Assembly (NCBI GenBank): GCA_964506225.1
Contig: CAZDKH010000012.1
Span: forward strand, 1-51,351
From: an uncultured Gammaproteobacteria bacterium
GTDB taxonomy: Bacteria > Patescibacteriota > Microgenomatia > UBA8517
Length of the DNA stretch: 51,351 bases
Direction of reading: 5' to 3'
A model generated the notes under the pieces. It searched no databases, was not told the DNA's origin, and saw only the letters and a program-made list of their open reading frames with translations. Made by a program: the position numbers and the translations under genes. Positions 42,713 to 51,351 of this stretch are shown here, one piece after another; positions within the stretch are counted from its first letter, which is position 1, and each line of letters opens with the position of its first letter.

Positions 42713-43295
42713 GTTTTTTTTGAAGATTGTAAAATTTTTAGGCAATTTTTTTATTTTTCTTTCTTTATTTTTGCTTTTTTTGATTTTTGGTCCTGTTTCA
42801 GTGCAAGAAGTAAATTACCAAACAAGGCAAATTTTAAATATAAACCCTCCTCTTGCTCCCACCAACACAGATTTTTCAATTTTGATACCCAAGATTACCG
42901 CTAGCGCGCCCATTATTGCTCAGACAGATCCATTTGATAAAGAAAAGTATACTTCTGCTCTCAAAAAAGGGGTTGCTCACGCACAAGGTTCTGCCCTGCC
43001 CGGCCAGCCGGGAAACGTCTATCTTTTTGCTCATTCTACAGATAGTTTTTATAACGTTGGTAAATACAATGCAGTTTTTTATTTAATTGGCAAATTGGAA
43101 AAAAAAGATAAAATATACATTTACTATAAGAGTATTAAATATACATATGAAGTAACCGATAAGGCAATAGTTAATCCAGAGGAAACTAAATACCTGAATC
43201 GATTAAGTGAAGAAAATACTTTAACTTTGCAGACTTGTTATCCACCCGGGACGACTTTTAAACGTTTGATTGTTATAGCAAAGGAAATTTACTAA
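42684..43295 (+). CDS. Sortase (start uncertain; ORF track 42540)
   Basis: N-terminal TM, IPKI, PGQPGNVYLFAHS, LTLQTCYPPG...KR (His-Cys-Arg triad). Confidence 0.92.
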   Translation: MGQLNRYTSKFFLKIVKFLGNFFIFLSLFLLFLIFGPVSVQEVNYQTRQILNINPPLAPTNTDFSILIPKITASAPIIAQTDPFDKEKYTSALKKGVAHAQGSALPGQPGNVYLFAHSTDSFYNVGKYNAVFYLIGKLEKKDKIYIYYKSIKYTYEVTDKAIVNPEETKYLNRLSEENTLTLQTCYPPGTTFKRLIVIAKEIY

Positions 43296-43340
43296 AGGAC
43301 TTGACTTAGTGGTCTTAATAAAATATAATCGGGCGAATTT

Positions 43341-46300
43341 ATGAAGAAAATTCTTTCTTTGTTTTTGATTTTTATCCTTCTTGCCCAACTTTTTATTTCC
43401 CCCTTGAGAATATATGCTCAAGTGCAAGAAGAAATAATTTCTACTTTTTCTTCGGATGCTCCGGTAGCCAATGAAGGGGAAAAACAGTTTTCAACTAAGG
43501 AACTTACTCCCTTTGTCACAACCGACAAACCAGAATACTATCCTGATGAAACTGTAGTTATAAATGGTGCAAATTTTCCGGTTAACTTAGAACTTTCCCT
43601 TAAGGTTATTTGGCCGGATGGGGAATTTCGAGACTCCACTGGGGTTCAGGGCAGTACTAATCAGGTCAAAACTGATGCAAATGGAAATTTTATATTTTCT
43701 TATGATTTAAGAGGAGAGGGACAAGAAGGAGATTATAAAGTTCAGGTTTTGATGGGGACAGAAGTTTTGTCCGAGACTTCATTTAAAGATTGTAAAAGAC
43801 CCCCCCAGCCGGTGGTTTGTCCTGACGGCAATGTTAAATATGAAGTGAGTGAAGCAAGATATGAATATACAGACGGTTCCGCCACTGTTACTATTTATCC
43901 CTCAAGCAGGGGGAGCAAGAACTCCGCTTCCTGGCAGGCGGCAGAGGGTTATGAGATTGTTGGTGTTTGTCTCAAAATCGGCGGCCCGGGTGGAGGAAGT
44001 TTAAAAAATGGTCTCACGGATGGCGGAGGACCCTTTGACTATGATATTTCTCATGTTGTGATAACAACACGTCCTATTGAACAAACTTACAATCCGGCAA
44101 TTAATATTCAAAAATCCGGTCCAGTTTGGGCAGAAAAAGGTGAAATAATTACATTTTTTTATGAAGTCAGAAATATCGGTGATGTCGAGCTTTCAAATGT
44201 CAATATAGAAGATAATAAGTGCCAAACAGTGACTTATGAGTCAGGTGATGATGGGGATGGTCTTTTGGAACTTGGGGAAGTTTGGAATTTCATATGTAGC
44301 TCCAATATTTCCTGGACTTTCCCATACCCTTATACCAATGAGGCCACAGTAGAAGGCTCTTGGCAGCAAATAAAAGTTAGTGATTCTGATTCTTTCGCGC
44401 TTTACCCTTTTGTGCTTCGCAAAAACGTTCTTTTATACTGGGAAGGTTATAATATTGAGTACGACGATCCACAAACTCCCTTTGATATCCAACTTAAAAA
44501 GAATGGACAGGTTCTTGCAACGCTTGAAATTAGTGAAGAGGACAGCCAAAATCTTTGGTTAAGTGAAGGAGGTTACAAGTTTTGCGAAGTAGACCTTCCG
44601 GCTGGTTATCTTCCCGCCTATGAGTGTATAAGTTACCAAACTGGGGAGGGTTATCCAGATTGGACGTATTTAAATGTGGTCACATTTGATTTGGCGGTTG
44701 AAAAAAGTGCTCCCGCGAACGCTCGTGAGGGAGATATTATAATTTACACCTATAAATTGACAAACTCTGGGCCGGCTGCGGTTAGCCCACTTATTAGTGA
44801 TGATAAATGCTCTCCTATAAATTATCTTTCCGGAGATGATGGAGATGGCAAGATTGAGCCGGGTGAAGAGTGGCTTTATAATTGTTCCTATCAGATTCCT
44901 GAGGGTACTGCCGGGACAAAGATTGAAAACAGGGTTGCTGTCAGGGATGAAGAAGGTGAAGGTAGGCCAAATTACTGGTGGCTTGGTGGAGATAGAGATT
45001 TATCCAATAATTCAGATACGGCCGAGGTTGAAATTTTAGCCAAAGAAGAGCCAGAAGTAAGACTTACTCTTTCAAAATCAAATAATCTAAGTGGGGAAAT
45101 TGCGGTGCCCACAACAGTTACCTTTGAGATTAGGGTTACAAATGAGGGTGGAGTTAAACTTACCAATGTGATTGTCAAAGACGCCCAGCCGGGTGGTTTT
45201 TCTTATGTTCCCAACTCCTCAAAACTTGACGGGAATCCGATAACAGACCCAACCTTAAATAGTGGAGTTTTACAATGGACAATAGGGGATTTAGTGGCTG
45301 GGGAATCAAAGACTCTTTCCTATTCGGTCGAAATTTCGCAGGAAGTGGTGGTAGGAACACATAAAAATATTGCAGTGGCGATGGGGTATACCCAAGACAG
45401 ATATTGTGATTTGGCTGACGAGTCATTTGTGGATGCGCTTATTGGTGTTCAGGCGGCATGTGATGTGGTTGAGAGTAGGCAGATAGAAAGCAATCTTGCT
45501 GAATCTAGTATAAACATCGTGCGATCCTTGACTTATGGCGGCAATATTCCGGCGCCCCAAGTCCTGGGAGCGGCAACCCAGTTGCCTGCAACTGGTGGTG
45601 ATACAGGGTTTACTTTCTTGGCTATAAGCTTGGGTTTTTTGGGAATTGTTCTAAGAATAGGAGCTTATATCTATGAAAAAAGAAATCATCTCAAGCTAGT
45701 TAAAAAATTTGCGAAAAAGTTTGCATTTTCTTTCACGGTTTTACTATTCCTTCTTGTTTTTGGTGGGAGAGAAATTTTAGCAGTTTCTCCAAGAATAACA
45801 ATTTCCTCTCTTCCCGAGTATCTTACAACTGATAGCTTTAAGATTTCATATTCGGCTCTTGCTGATGACCCATCAACTATTAGGGTTAGGTTTTATGTCA
45901 GGGGTGAGGGAGAAAGTTATCAGGAATTTGGCAGTGAGCTTACGGGAAGTTCTGGTTGGATTCAGGTAACGGGTAATGAGATTAGGCAGCAGAAAAAATA
46001 CTATTTCAAAGCCGAGATGACAAGTTCAAATGGAAACGCTTCAGCGGAGACAAGCACTATATACGACGTATCGGGCCCCTCCCCTGTGCAGAATTACAAA
46101 AAAGAAAGAGTGGAGCCTTCGGTTTATAAAATCTCATGGAAAAATCCGGGAGATTCAGATTTCTCAAGAGTGTTTATCTACAGGGGTGACACGCCGGGCT
46201 TTGAGGCAGATGGTTCACATAAAATTGGCGAGCGAGGTGGTGCAGCCGATCAGGAAATGTTTTTTGAAGACATTGGCCTTGACGCAGGAAAAGAGTACTT

Positions 46301-46637
46301 TTATGCCTTAAGAGCAGTTGATAAAGCTGGGAATTCTTCGTCATTGGTTGGGGACGCCCCGGAGGCAATTTATATAACTGAAACCCCCTCTTATCAAAAA
46401 GAAGAAGGAACCGGCGGCCTAATTTTACCCAAAACAGGAGAGACCTTGGGTGAAGAAGATAAAGAAGATTCTCTTAAAGAACCTCAGGAAGAAGAAGTTA
46501 GTGAAGTTTCGGGCGGAGATTCTGATAAGGCAATGACTCCCTTGTCTAAATTAATTTTGGGTGTTGGGATTATTATAGTTGCCTACGCAGGGTACAAGCT
46601 TTTCCTCTCCGAAAAGCCAAAAACAAAAAAGAAGTAA
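43341..46637 (+). CDS. Large surface protein: DUF11-like Ig repeats, internal LPATG+TM, second signal-like segment, Fn3-like module, C-terminal TM
   Basis: Signal peptide; repeats like 'IQKSGP...GEIITFFYEVRNIG'; LPATG at 45582-45596; YFYALRAVDKAGN; promoter TTGACT-17-TATAAT just upstream. Confidence 0.85.
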   Translation: MKKILSLFLIFILLAQLFISPLRIYAQVQEEIISTFSSDAPVANEGEKQFSTKELTPFVTTDKPEYYPDETVVINGANFPVNLELSLKVIWPDGEFRDSTGVQGSTNQVKTDANGNFIFSYDLRGEGQEGDYKVQVLMGTEVLSETSFKDCKRPPQPVVCPDGNVKYEVSEARYEYTDGSATVTIYPSSRGSKNSASWQAAEGYEIVGVCLKIGGPGGGSLKNGLTDGGGPFDYDISHVVITTRPIEQTYNPAINIQKSGPVWAEKGEIITFFYEVRNIGDVELSNVNIEDNKCQTVTYESGDDGDGLLELGEVWNFICSSNISWTFPYPYTNEATVEGSWQQIKVSDSDSFALYPFVLRKNVLLYWEGYNIEYDDPQTPFDIQLKKNGQVLATLEISEEDSQNLWLSEGGYKFCEVDLPAGYLPAYECISYQTGEGYPDWTYLNVVTFDLAVEKSAPANAREGDIIIYTYKLTNSGPAAVSPLISDDKCSPINYLSGDDGDGKIEPGEEWLYNCSYQIPEGTAGTKIENRVAVRDEEGEGRPNYWWLGGDRDLSNNSDTAEVEILAKEEPEVRLTLSKSNNLSGEIAVPTTVTFEIRVTNEGGVKLTNVIVKDAQPGGFSYVPNSSKLDGNPITDPTLNSGVLQWTIGDLVAGESKTLSYSVEISQEVVVGTHKNIAVAMGYTQDRYCDLADESFVDALIGVQAACDVVESRQIESNLAESSINIVRSLTYGGNIPAPQVLGAATQLPATGGDTGFTFLAISLGFLGIVLRIGAYIYEKRNHLKLVKKFAKKFAFSFTVLLFLLVFGGREILAVSPRITISSLPEYLTTDSFKISYSALADDPSTIRVRFYVRGEGESYQEFGSELTGSSGWIQVTGNEIRQQKKYYFKAEMTSSNGNASAETSTIYDVSGPSPVQNYKKERVEPSVYKISWKNPGDSDFSRVFIYRGDTPGFEADGSHKIGERGGAADQEMFFEDIGLDAGKEYFYALRAVDKAGNSSSLVGDAPEAIYITETPSYQKEEGTGGLILPKTGETLGEEDKEDSLKEPQEEEVSEVSGGDSDKAMTPLSKLILGVGIIIVAYAGYKLFLSEKPKTKKK

Positions 46638-46953
46638 CTTGATAATATTTAAGCTTTTATTACTCCATTTGTGAAAAACAGGTACAAAAACCCATAAGTA
46701 TAAAGAATTTTTATTAGACTAGTAAGAAAAAAATTACTCACTAATATAACATGCTGCAAATATATAAGACTTTCTAATTTACTTATTGACATCCCTATAA
46801 TAATTTGTCTATAGTGAGTTTAGATTATTTTGACCCTAGCTAAATAAAATGATGGTTATACTAGGGATACACAAACTTAAGCCGCAGGATTACCGATAAA
46901 AAGGGTTGCGACTTTTTTTGTGTAGAAAAAAGGGAAAGGAGGTGAAGAGAATT

Positions 46954-47421
46954 ATGGTTAAGAAATTATTAGCAGCGGCTGGAGCAGGAGCCATGCTTTT
47001 GAGCCTTGCAGTCCCAGCATTTGCTTGGACGACTTGGACAACCCAACCGAAAACAGAAGCAACTGTAAATAACAGTGCTTATGTCAAAAATTTTGTAGAC
47101 ACCTATGCTGGATCAGGAGGAAACTCCGTTTTCGGCTTGTTTACCAAGGGTGTTATTAAGACTGGTGATGCATTTGCCTATACTGATGTTGCAAACACCG
47201 TCAATATGAATATGCTTGATTGTGATTGTTACGACAAGCTCACCATCAACAACACCGCTACTGTCAAAAACTATGTTGATACAACTGCAAAAACTGGGAA
47301 AAACTCAGTAAGCGGCAGTTGGGTGCACGGTTTTATCAAAACAGGTGCGGCAGATGCATATTCGCTTGTTGATAACGTGGTTAATACCAATATGCTAGGT
47401 GTTGTAGCAGACGCAGAGTAA
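46954..47421 (+). CDS. Small secreted two-repeat Asn/Thr/Gly protein, 155 aa, candidate fibre subunit (ORF track start 46906)
   Basis: AAAGGAGGTGA SD 8 nt before ATG 46954; signal peptide ending AVPAFA; two ~53-aa repeats joined by DCDC. Confidence 0.8.
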   Translation: MVKKLLAAAGAGAMLLSLAVPAFAWTTWTTQPKTEATVNNSAYVKNFVDTYAGSGGNSVFGLFTKGVIKTGDAFAYTDVANTVNMNMLDCDCYDKLTINNTATVKNYVDTTAKTGKNSVSGSWVHGFIKTGAADAYSLVDNVVNTNMLGVVADAE

Positions 47422-47434
47422 TTTTTTTTGAAAC

Positions 47435-47480
47435 TTGTCCTCGGGAGGGGGGACCATCACCCCCCTCCCAAAAGGGACAA
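47435..47480 (+). terminator. Strong GC hairpin without U-tract (3' stabiliser or partial terminator)
   Basis: GGGAGGGGGG/CCCCCCTCCC stem extended by TTGTCC/GGACAA. Confidence 0.6.
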
Positions 47481-47529
47481 GGCTAGTGAAAAGCTAGTGA
47501 ATAGTAAAAAGTAATAACTAAATAAGTAA

Positions 47530-49647
47530 ATGAAAAAAATAAGAAAAATAATTGCCATCTTTATAATTTCAATTTTTCTTTTTGAAAGAACTGCTTTTAG
47601 TGTGGTTTTGGCAGATGAAATTACCCAGCAGTCTGAACAGGAATCTTGGGAAGAAACTAACCCAACCGAAACCCCACCACATGAAGAAACTGACAACGTT
47701 GTAATTACAAATGAGGCAGAGTTAGAGGATAATATAGCCACCCAAACCCAAACAGGAGAAAACGAAATCTTGGAGGTTACTCCTACACCCACCCCGCCAG
47801 TGGATGACTTAAAAGAGAATCAAGGAATAACAGACAAGGTAGCTGAAAATGAGCAGGAAGGTGCTCAGGAAATTAACCCAGCACCGACTGGGGTGCCGGC
47901 TGTTCAAGGGTCAACGATTGAAACACAGGATGCCGTGAGCGTTGTGGCGGTATCAAACGACGTAAATACCACAATTGCCAATTCCGAGGTTCTTCAGCAC
48001 ACACTGAATATATTTTTTGAACATGAAGGGGATATTAACCTTTCTGACACTTCTTTTTTCCAAAAAGCCAGAGAAATTTTTGATTCTGCAAGCGAGAATA
48101 CCGTTATTAATGTTAAAGTCTTGAAAGGTGGAAATTGGGCATTTATTGAAAATGATATAGTCTCAACGGCAGCAACCGGCGGAAACAAAGTAAGCTCAGA
48201 GAGTGCGAGCATCCAAACAGGAAACGCCTACTCAATTGCCTCGCTTTTTAACAAGGTTAATACAACAATTGTTGACTCAAAACTTTATGTTGTTACGATT
48301 AATATTTTTGGCGTGTCGGAAGGTAATATCATTTTACCCGAAGATTTGGGCCAAGGCAGCTCAGGCTGTTGCGGAGGCTCGGTGGAGGTTACAAGTGGCG
48401 CGGAAGTAACCAATAATGTCACAAGCACAGCTTTAAGTGGAGATAATGAGGTGGAGTTGGGTGAAAAAGATAAGGAAGGTCAGGCAGAAATAGTTACAGG
48501 AAGTTCAAAAAGCATAGTTAATATCTTAAATATCATTAACCAAAACATAATAGGAACGTTTTTTTATTTTCTAAACATCAACAATCTGGGTACTTGGCTC
48601 GGAAGCTTTTTGGGGATTGGAGGTTACACTGCGGAACCCGATGCTAGCGGCAATTACAGATTAAGCTTTTTAGGGTTCTCGCAAGAAGGTCAAGAGTGTA
48701 ATGATTGTTTTGATGGAGTTGAAATTAACAATTCGGCCACAGTTATTAATAATATTGCCTCTACCGCCTCCACCGGGGAAAATAAGGCCTACTCCTCCCA
48801 AGCACAAATTTATACCGGTAACGCAACAAGTGTGGTTTCCCTGGTCAATATAATCAACACGACCATTATTGACTCTTTTGGCTTTATCGGCTTTATAAAT
48901 ATCTTTGGGGCTCTTAAGGGTGATATCGGAGGAGCAAGCGCTTTTGTTTCTTCATATAAGGAGAACTATGATCAGGATTCTGGGCAGCAAAACCAAGGTG
49001 GTCCAGGCATTATGGAGACGGGAGGTCAGCTTTCGGTAACCCAATACAACAATATAAACGATTATGTCTTTCCGGGAGATACGGTTACCTTTTTTGTAAC
49101 TATTAAAAACAATGGTACAGGAAAAGTTTATGACGCGAAATTAAAATTGGGTCTGATTGATGCTGCAGGACAGGATTTGGGTGGAGCCATTTTCAATCTT
49201 GGGGACATTCAGGTTGGCAAGGGGGTAAAGCTGACAACGGGCCTTGTTCTTTCCAAAAATGCTCTCCCCGGCACTTATATCGCCCGAGCCATTGCCTACG
49301 CTAGCGTGGGGCCTTTTGGTGAGACAATCAGTGCTTTTGCGGACAGCAGTGTAGTAATCTCGGGGGTTTCAAAACTTGTCAGTAATATAAGCATTATTCC
49401 CAAGGCGGAAGCAGCGGTGCCGCTTGGAGATACCGAGGTTTTGGGAGCTGTTGAAGAAGGCGCGGCAACCAATTTACAAACCAAGATGCTCGCGATTTTT
49501 TTGGGGCTTTTATCCGTTTATCTGCCTCTTAAGGGTTATCAAAAAAGAAAAAGACTTCTTCTTTTTTACGAAAACGCAAAACCTCTTATTAATGGAGTTA
49601 TTGCTCCAATAAAGACATTGCAGGCAAGAATTACCTCCCTTTTGTGA
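47530..49647 (+). CDS. Secreted protein with four copies of the same repeat, an Ig-like domain and a C-terminal membrane anchor
   Basis: Signal peptide; 'TG.N...I.TG.A.S...N.VNTTI' repeats; PGDTVTFFVTIKNNGTG; EVLGA then TM and basic tail. Confidence 0.82.
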   Translation: MKKIRKIIAIFIISIFLFERTAFSVVLADEITQQSEQESWEETNPTETPPHEETDNVVITNEAELEDNIATQTQTGENEILEVTPTPTPPVDDLKENQGITDKVAENEQEGAQEINPAPTGVPAVQGSTIETQDAVSVVAVSNDVNTTIANSEVLQHTLNIFFEHEGDINLSDTSFFQKAREIFDSASENTVINVKVLKGGNWAFIENDIVSTAATGGNKVSSESASIQTGNAYSIASLFNKVNTTIVDSKLYVVTINIFGVSEGNIILPEDLGQGSSGCCGGSVEVTSGAEVTNNVTSTALSGDNEVELGEKDKEGQAEIVTGSSKSIVNILNIINQNIIGTFFYFLNINNLGTWLGSFLGIGGYTAEPDASGNYRLSFLGFSQEGQECNDCFDGVEINNSATVINNIASTASTGENKAYSSQAQIYTGNATSVVSLVNIINTTIIDSFGFIGFINIFGALKGDIGGASAFVSSYKENYDQDSGQQNQGGPGIMETGGQLSVTQYNNINDYVFPGDTVTFFVTIKNNGTGKVYDAKLKLGLIDAAGQDLGGAIFNLGDIQVGKGVKLTTGLVLSKNALPGTYIARAIAYASVGPFGETISAFADSSVVISGVSKLVSNISIIPKAEAAVPLGDTEVLGAVEEGAATNLQTKMLAIFLGLLSVYLPLKGYQKRKRLLLFYENAKPLINGVIAPIKTLQARITSLL

Positions 49648-49704
49648 TAGTATAAAAACAATTGACTATCTTGCTTCTTTGCCTCTTGCTGCTACAATTT
49701 AAAT

Positions 49705-49827
49705 ATGCAGATTTTGAAAGATTTTTTTTCAAGTTTTTTGGGAAAATTTATCTTCTTTTGGATTATCGCAGGATTGCTTCTGATTATTGGTATTATAATT
49801 TTCATAATCCAAGTCAGCCTTGCTTAG
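49705..49827 (+). CDS. 40-aa single-TM small protein (not in ORF track)
   Basis: MQILKDFFSSFLGKFIFFWIIAGLLLIIGIIIFIIQVSLA; TGcTACAAT 6 nt before the ATG. Confidence 0.55.
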   Translation: MQILKDFFSSFLGKFIFFWIIAGLLLIIGIIIFIIQVSLA

Positions 49828-49851
49828 GGGGTTATTCTTAGGTTAAGATGT

Positions 49852-50745
49852 TTGAGTATGAAACTTGCCGTTTCTTTTTATCACTATTTTTTACCTCACG
49901 AGTCAAATAATTTTAAGGCAAGGGTTTTACAACCCTTTTTTTTAATTGTAATTCTTTCTTTTGTTATTTCTCTGCAGATAATTTTACGTCTTTTACCCGC
50001 CTCGGGTGTGAAAATTTTGGGTTATGCGGCTTACATTTCGCCGGAGGAAATTGTCAGACTGACAAACGAGGAGAGGGTTAAACACGGTCTTGAAGCACTG
50101 AAAATGAATACAGTTTTGTCGCAGGCCGCACTGGCCAAGGGCACGGATATGTTAAATAAAGATTACTGGGCGCACACTGCACCGGACGGTACGGAACCTT
50201 GGAAATTTTTTCTTGATTTTGGATACAGATATCGCTTTGCCGGAGAAAATCTGGCGCGGGATTTTTCAAATCCTGCCGACGTCGTCTCAGCATGGATGGC
50301 TTCTCCCACCCACAAAGAAAATATTCTTTCTGACAAATATCAAGAGATAGGTGTAGCAGTTGTAGAGGGTGATATGGGAGGAGTGGATACCACTCTTGTT
50401 GTCCAGTTATTTGGCACAAAACTATCTGAAGCTCCTCGTATTGCCCCTATTGCTGCAGCAAAGGGGGAGGAAAAGAGTTTATCAACACCGCTTGTGGTTG
50501 AGGAGCCAGAAACACAAGTCTCTTATCAGGCTCCAATTGAGGTTGTTCGTGTCTCGCCTTTTAATATTTCAAAGATAATTTCTCTTGGCTTAACCTTGTT
50601 TTTGGTCACCCTCCTTGTGGTTGATTTTGTTGTGGTGGCCAGACAAAAGGTCAGAAGAGTTGGAGGAAGGGTATTCGCCCATTTAGCTTTCTTGGGAATG
50701 ATTTTGGCCATTCTTATTATTGCCAAAGAGGGTAATATTTTATAA
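49852..50745 (+). CDS. CAP/SCP-domain membrane protein
   Basis: LTNEER, YWAH, AGENLA, WMASPTHKENIL. Confidence 0.92.
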   Translation: MSMKLAVSFYHYFLPHESNNFKARVLQPFFLIVILSFVISLQIILRLLPASGVKILGYAAYISPEEIVRLTNEERVKHGLEALKMNTVLSQAALAKGTDMLNKDYWAHTAPDGTEPWKFFLDFGYRYRFAGENLARDFSNPADVVSAWMASPTHKENILSDKYQEIGVAVVEGDMGGVDTTLVVQLFGTKLSEAPRIAPIAAAKGEEKSLSTPLVVEEPETQVSYQAPIEVVRVSPFNISKIISLGLTLFLVTLLVVDFVVVARQKVRRVGGRVFAHLAFLGMILAILIIAKEGNIL

Positions 50746-50749
50746 AGAG

Positions 50750-51013
50750 ATGTTTCAAAAAATTGCTAAAGATTTACCACATTTTTTAAGCCTTTTTGGG
50801 GTGCTTTTTGCAGGATTTTTAGTTTTTGTTTTGTTTTCCTATGATAGGAAATTTCAGATGTTTGCCCTGCTTGCGACTGCCAGCGGCTACTTTACTTGGG
50901 GCGTGGTACACCACATAATCCACAAAGACCTAAGCCTTTTTGTGATAATTGAATATGCAATTTTCGCGCTTTTGGGTATTGCTGCAGTTTTATCTGTTAT
51001 TTTGACTTTTTGA
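50750..51013 (+). CDS. Small three-TM hypothetical protein (ORF track start 50720)
   Basis: Hydrophobic; YFTWGVVHH...EY. Confidence 0.7.
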   Translation: MFQKIAKDLPHFLSLFGVLFAGFLVFVLFSYDRKFQMFALLATASGYFTWGVVHHIIHKDLSLFVIIEYAIFALLGIAAVLSVILTF

Positions 51014-51211
51014 ATTACTTTATAGGGTGTTCAGTAAAAACCCTAATTGGAGTTTTAAATTCAAATCGTTCTCTTGGTTATTTATCTCCATTCTTCCTTT
51101 TAAATCTCTTTGGGTTGTTCTTAGTAAAATTAGTTCCTTAAAGAACATGTATCAAGAAATATCTATAAGGAAATCTGCATATCTCAAATTTCTTAAGATT
51201 CTATTAAGGAA

Positions 51212-51351
51212 TTACGGCAATACCTCCTTCCATAGGGTTTTTTGTTTGGTAAGGGAGGGAGGATAAAGGGCAATAAGCTCAGGAGCAAATTCAAAAACTT
51301 CAGAAGGTGTGTTTTGATTGTCTGCTCCTAAGTCTCTACCAAGTCTTAATC
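51212..51351 (-). CDS. Possible 3' end of a gene entering from beyond the window
   Basis: Open frame ...LGRDLGADNQNTPSEVFEFAPELIALYPPSLTKQKTLWKEVLP* ending at 51212. Confidence 0.35.
   Translation of the reverse strand, partial: LRLGRDLGADNQNTPSEVFEFAPELIALYPPSLTKQKTLWKEVLP

Noticed and set aside
47050-47400. Two similar DNA segments as a possible DGR template/variable repeat pair
   Set aside because: Both are in-frame protein repeats, differences are not adenine-specific, and no reverse transcriptase is in the window
51027-51266. 79-aa plus-strand ORF at the window end
   Set aside because: No motif; AT-rich region with only short interrupted frames on either strand

Overview
Bacterial chromosomal window read in genetic code 11 (TGA used as stop, RF2 present). 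Gene content and protein style (short TsaB, membrane-tethered Clp ATPase, many PT-rich and 'VLG' surface proteins, few Shine-Dalgarno sites) suggest a Patescibacteria/CPR genome, probably Microgenomates; this is inference. Contents in order: one end of an IS3-family element, a purine-salvage/UDP-sugar operon, a complete F-ATPase operon with a delta-alpha fusion, greA-lysS, pspA-serS, rarA, secA, an amino-acid/sugar metabolism block, prfB, ftsEX with an M23 protein, tsaEB, and a sortase-linked surface-protein cluster. No rRNA, tRNA or CRISPR array was seen. Best leads: (1) an ultrashort-stem-I, serine-specific T-box riboswitch ahead of a metal-independent phosphoserine phosphatase and serS; (2) a compact cobalamin riboswitch ahead of an unknown Zn-ribbon protein; (3) a candidate undescribed surface-fibre system made of a small secreted Asn/Thr/Gly-repeat subunit and a membrane-anchored protein with the same repeat, next to a sortase and an apparent two-in-one surface polyprotein; (4) a circularly permuted M23 peptidase after ftsEX. 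All calls come from reading motifs by eye; no searches were run.
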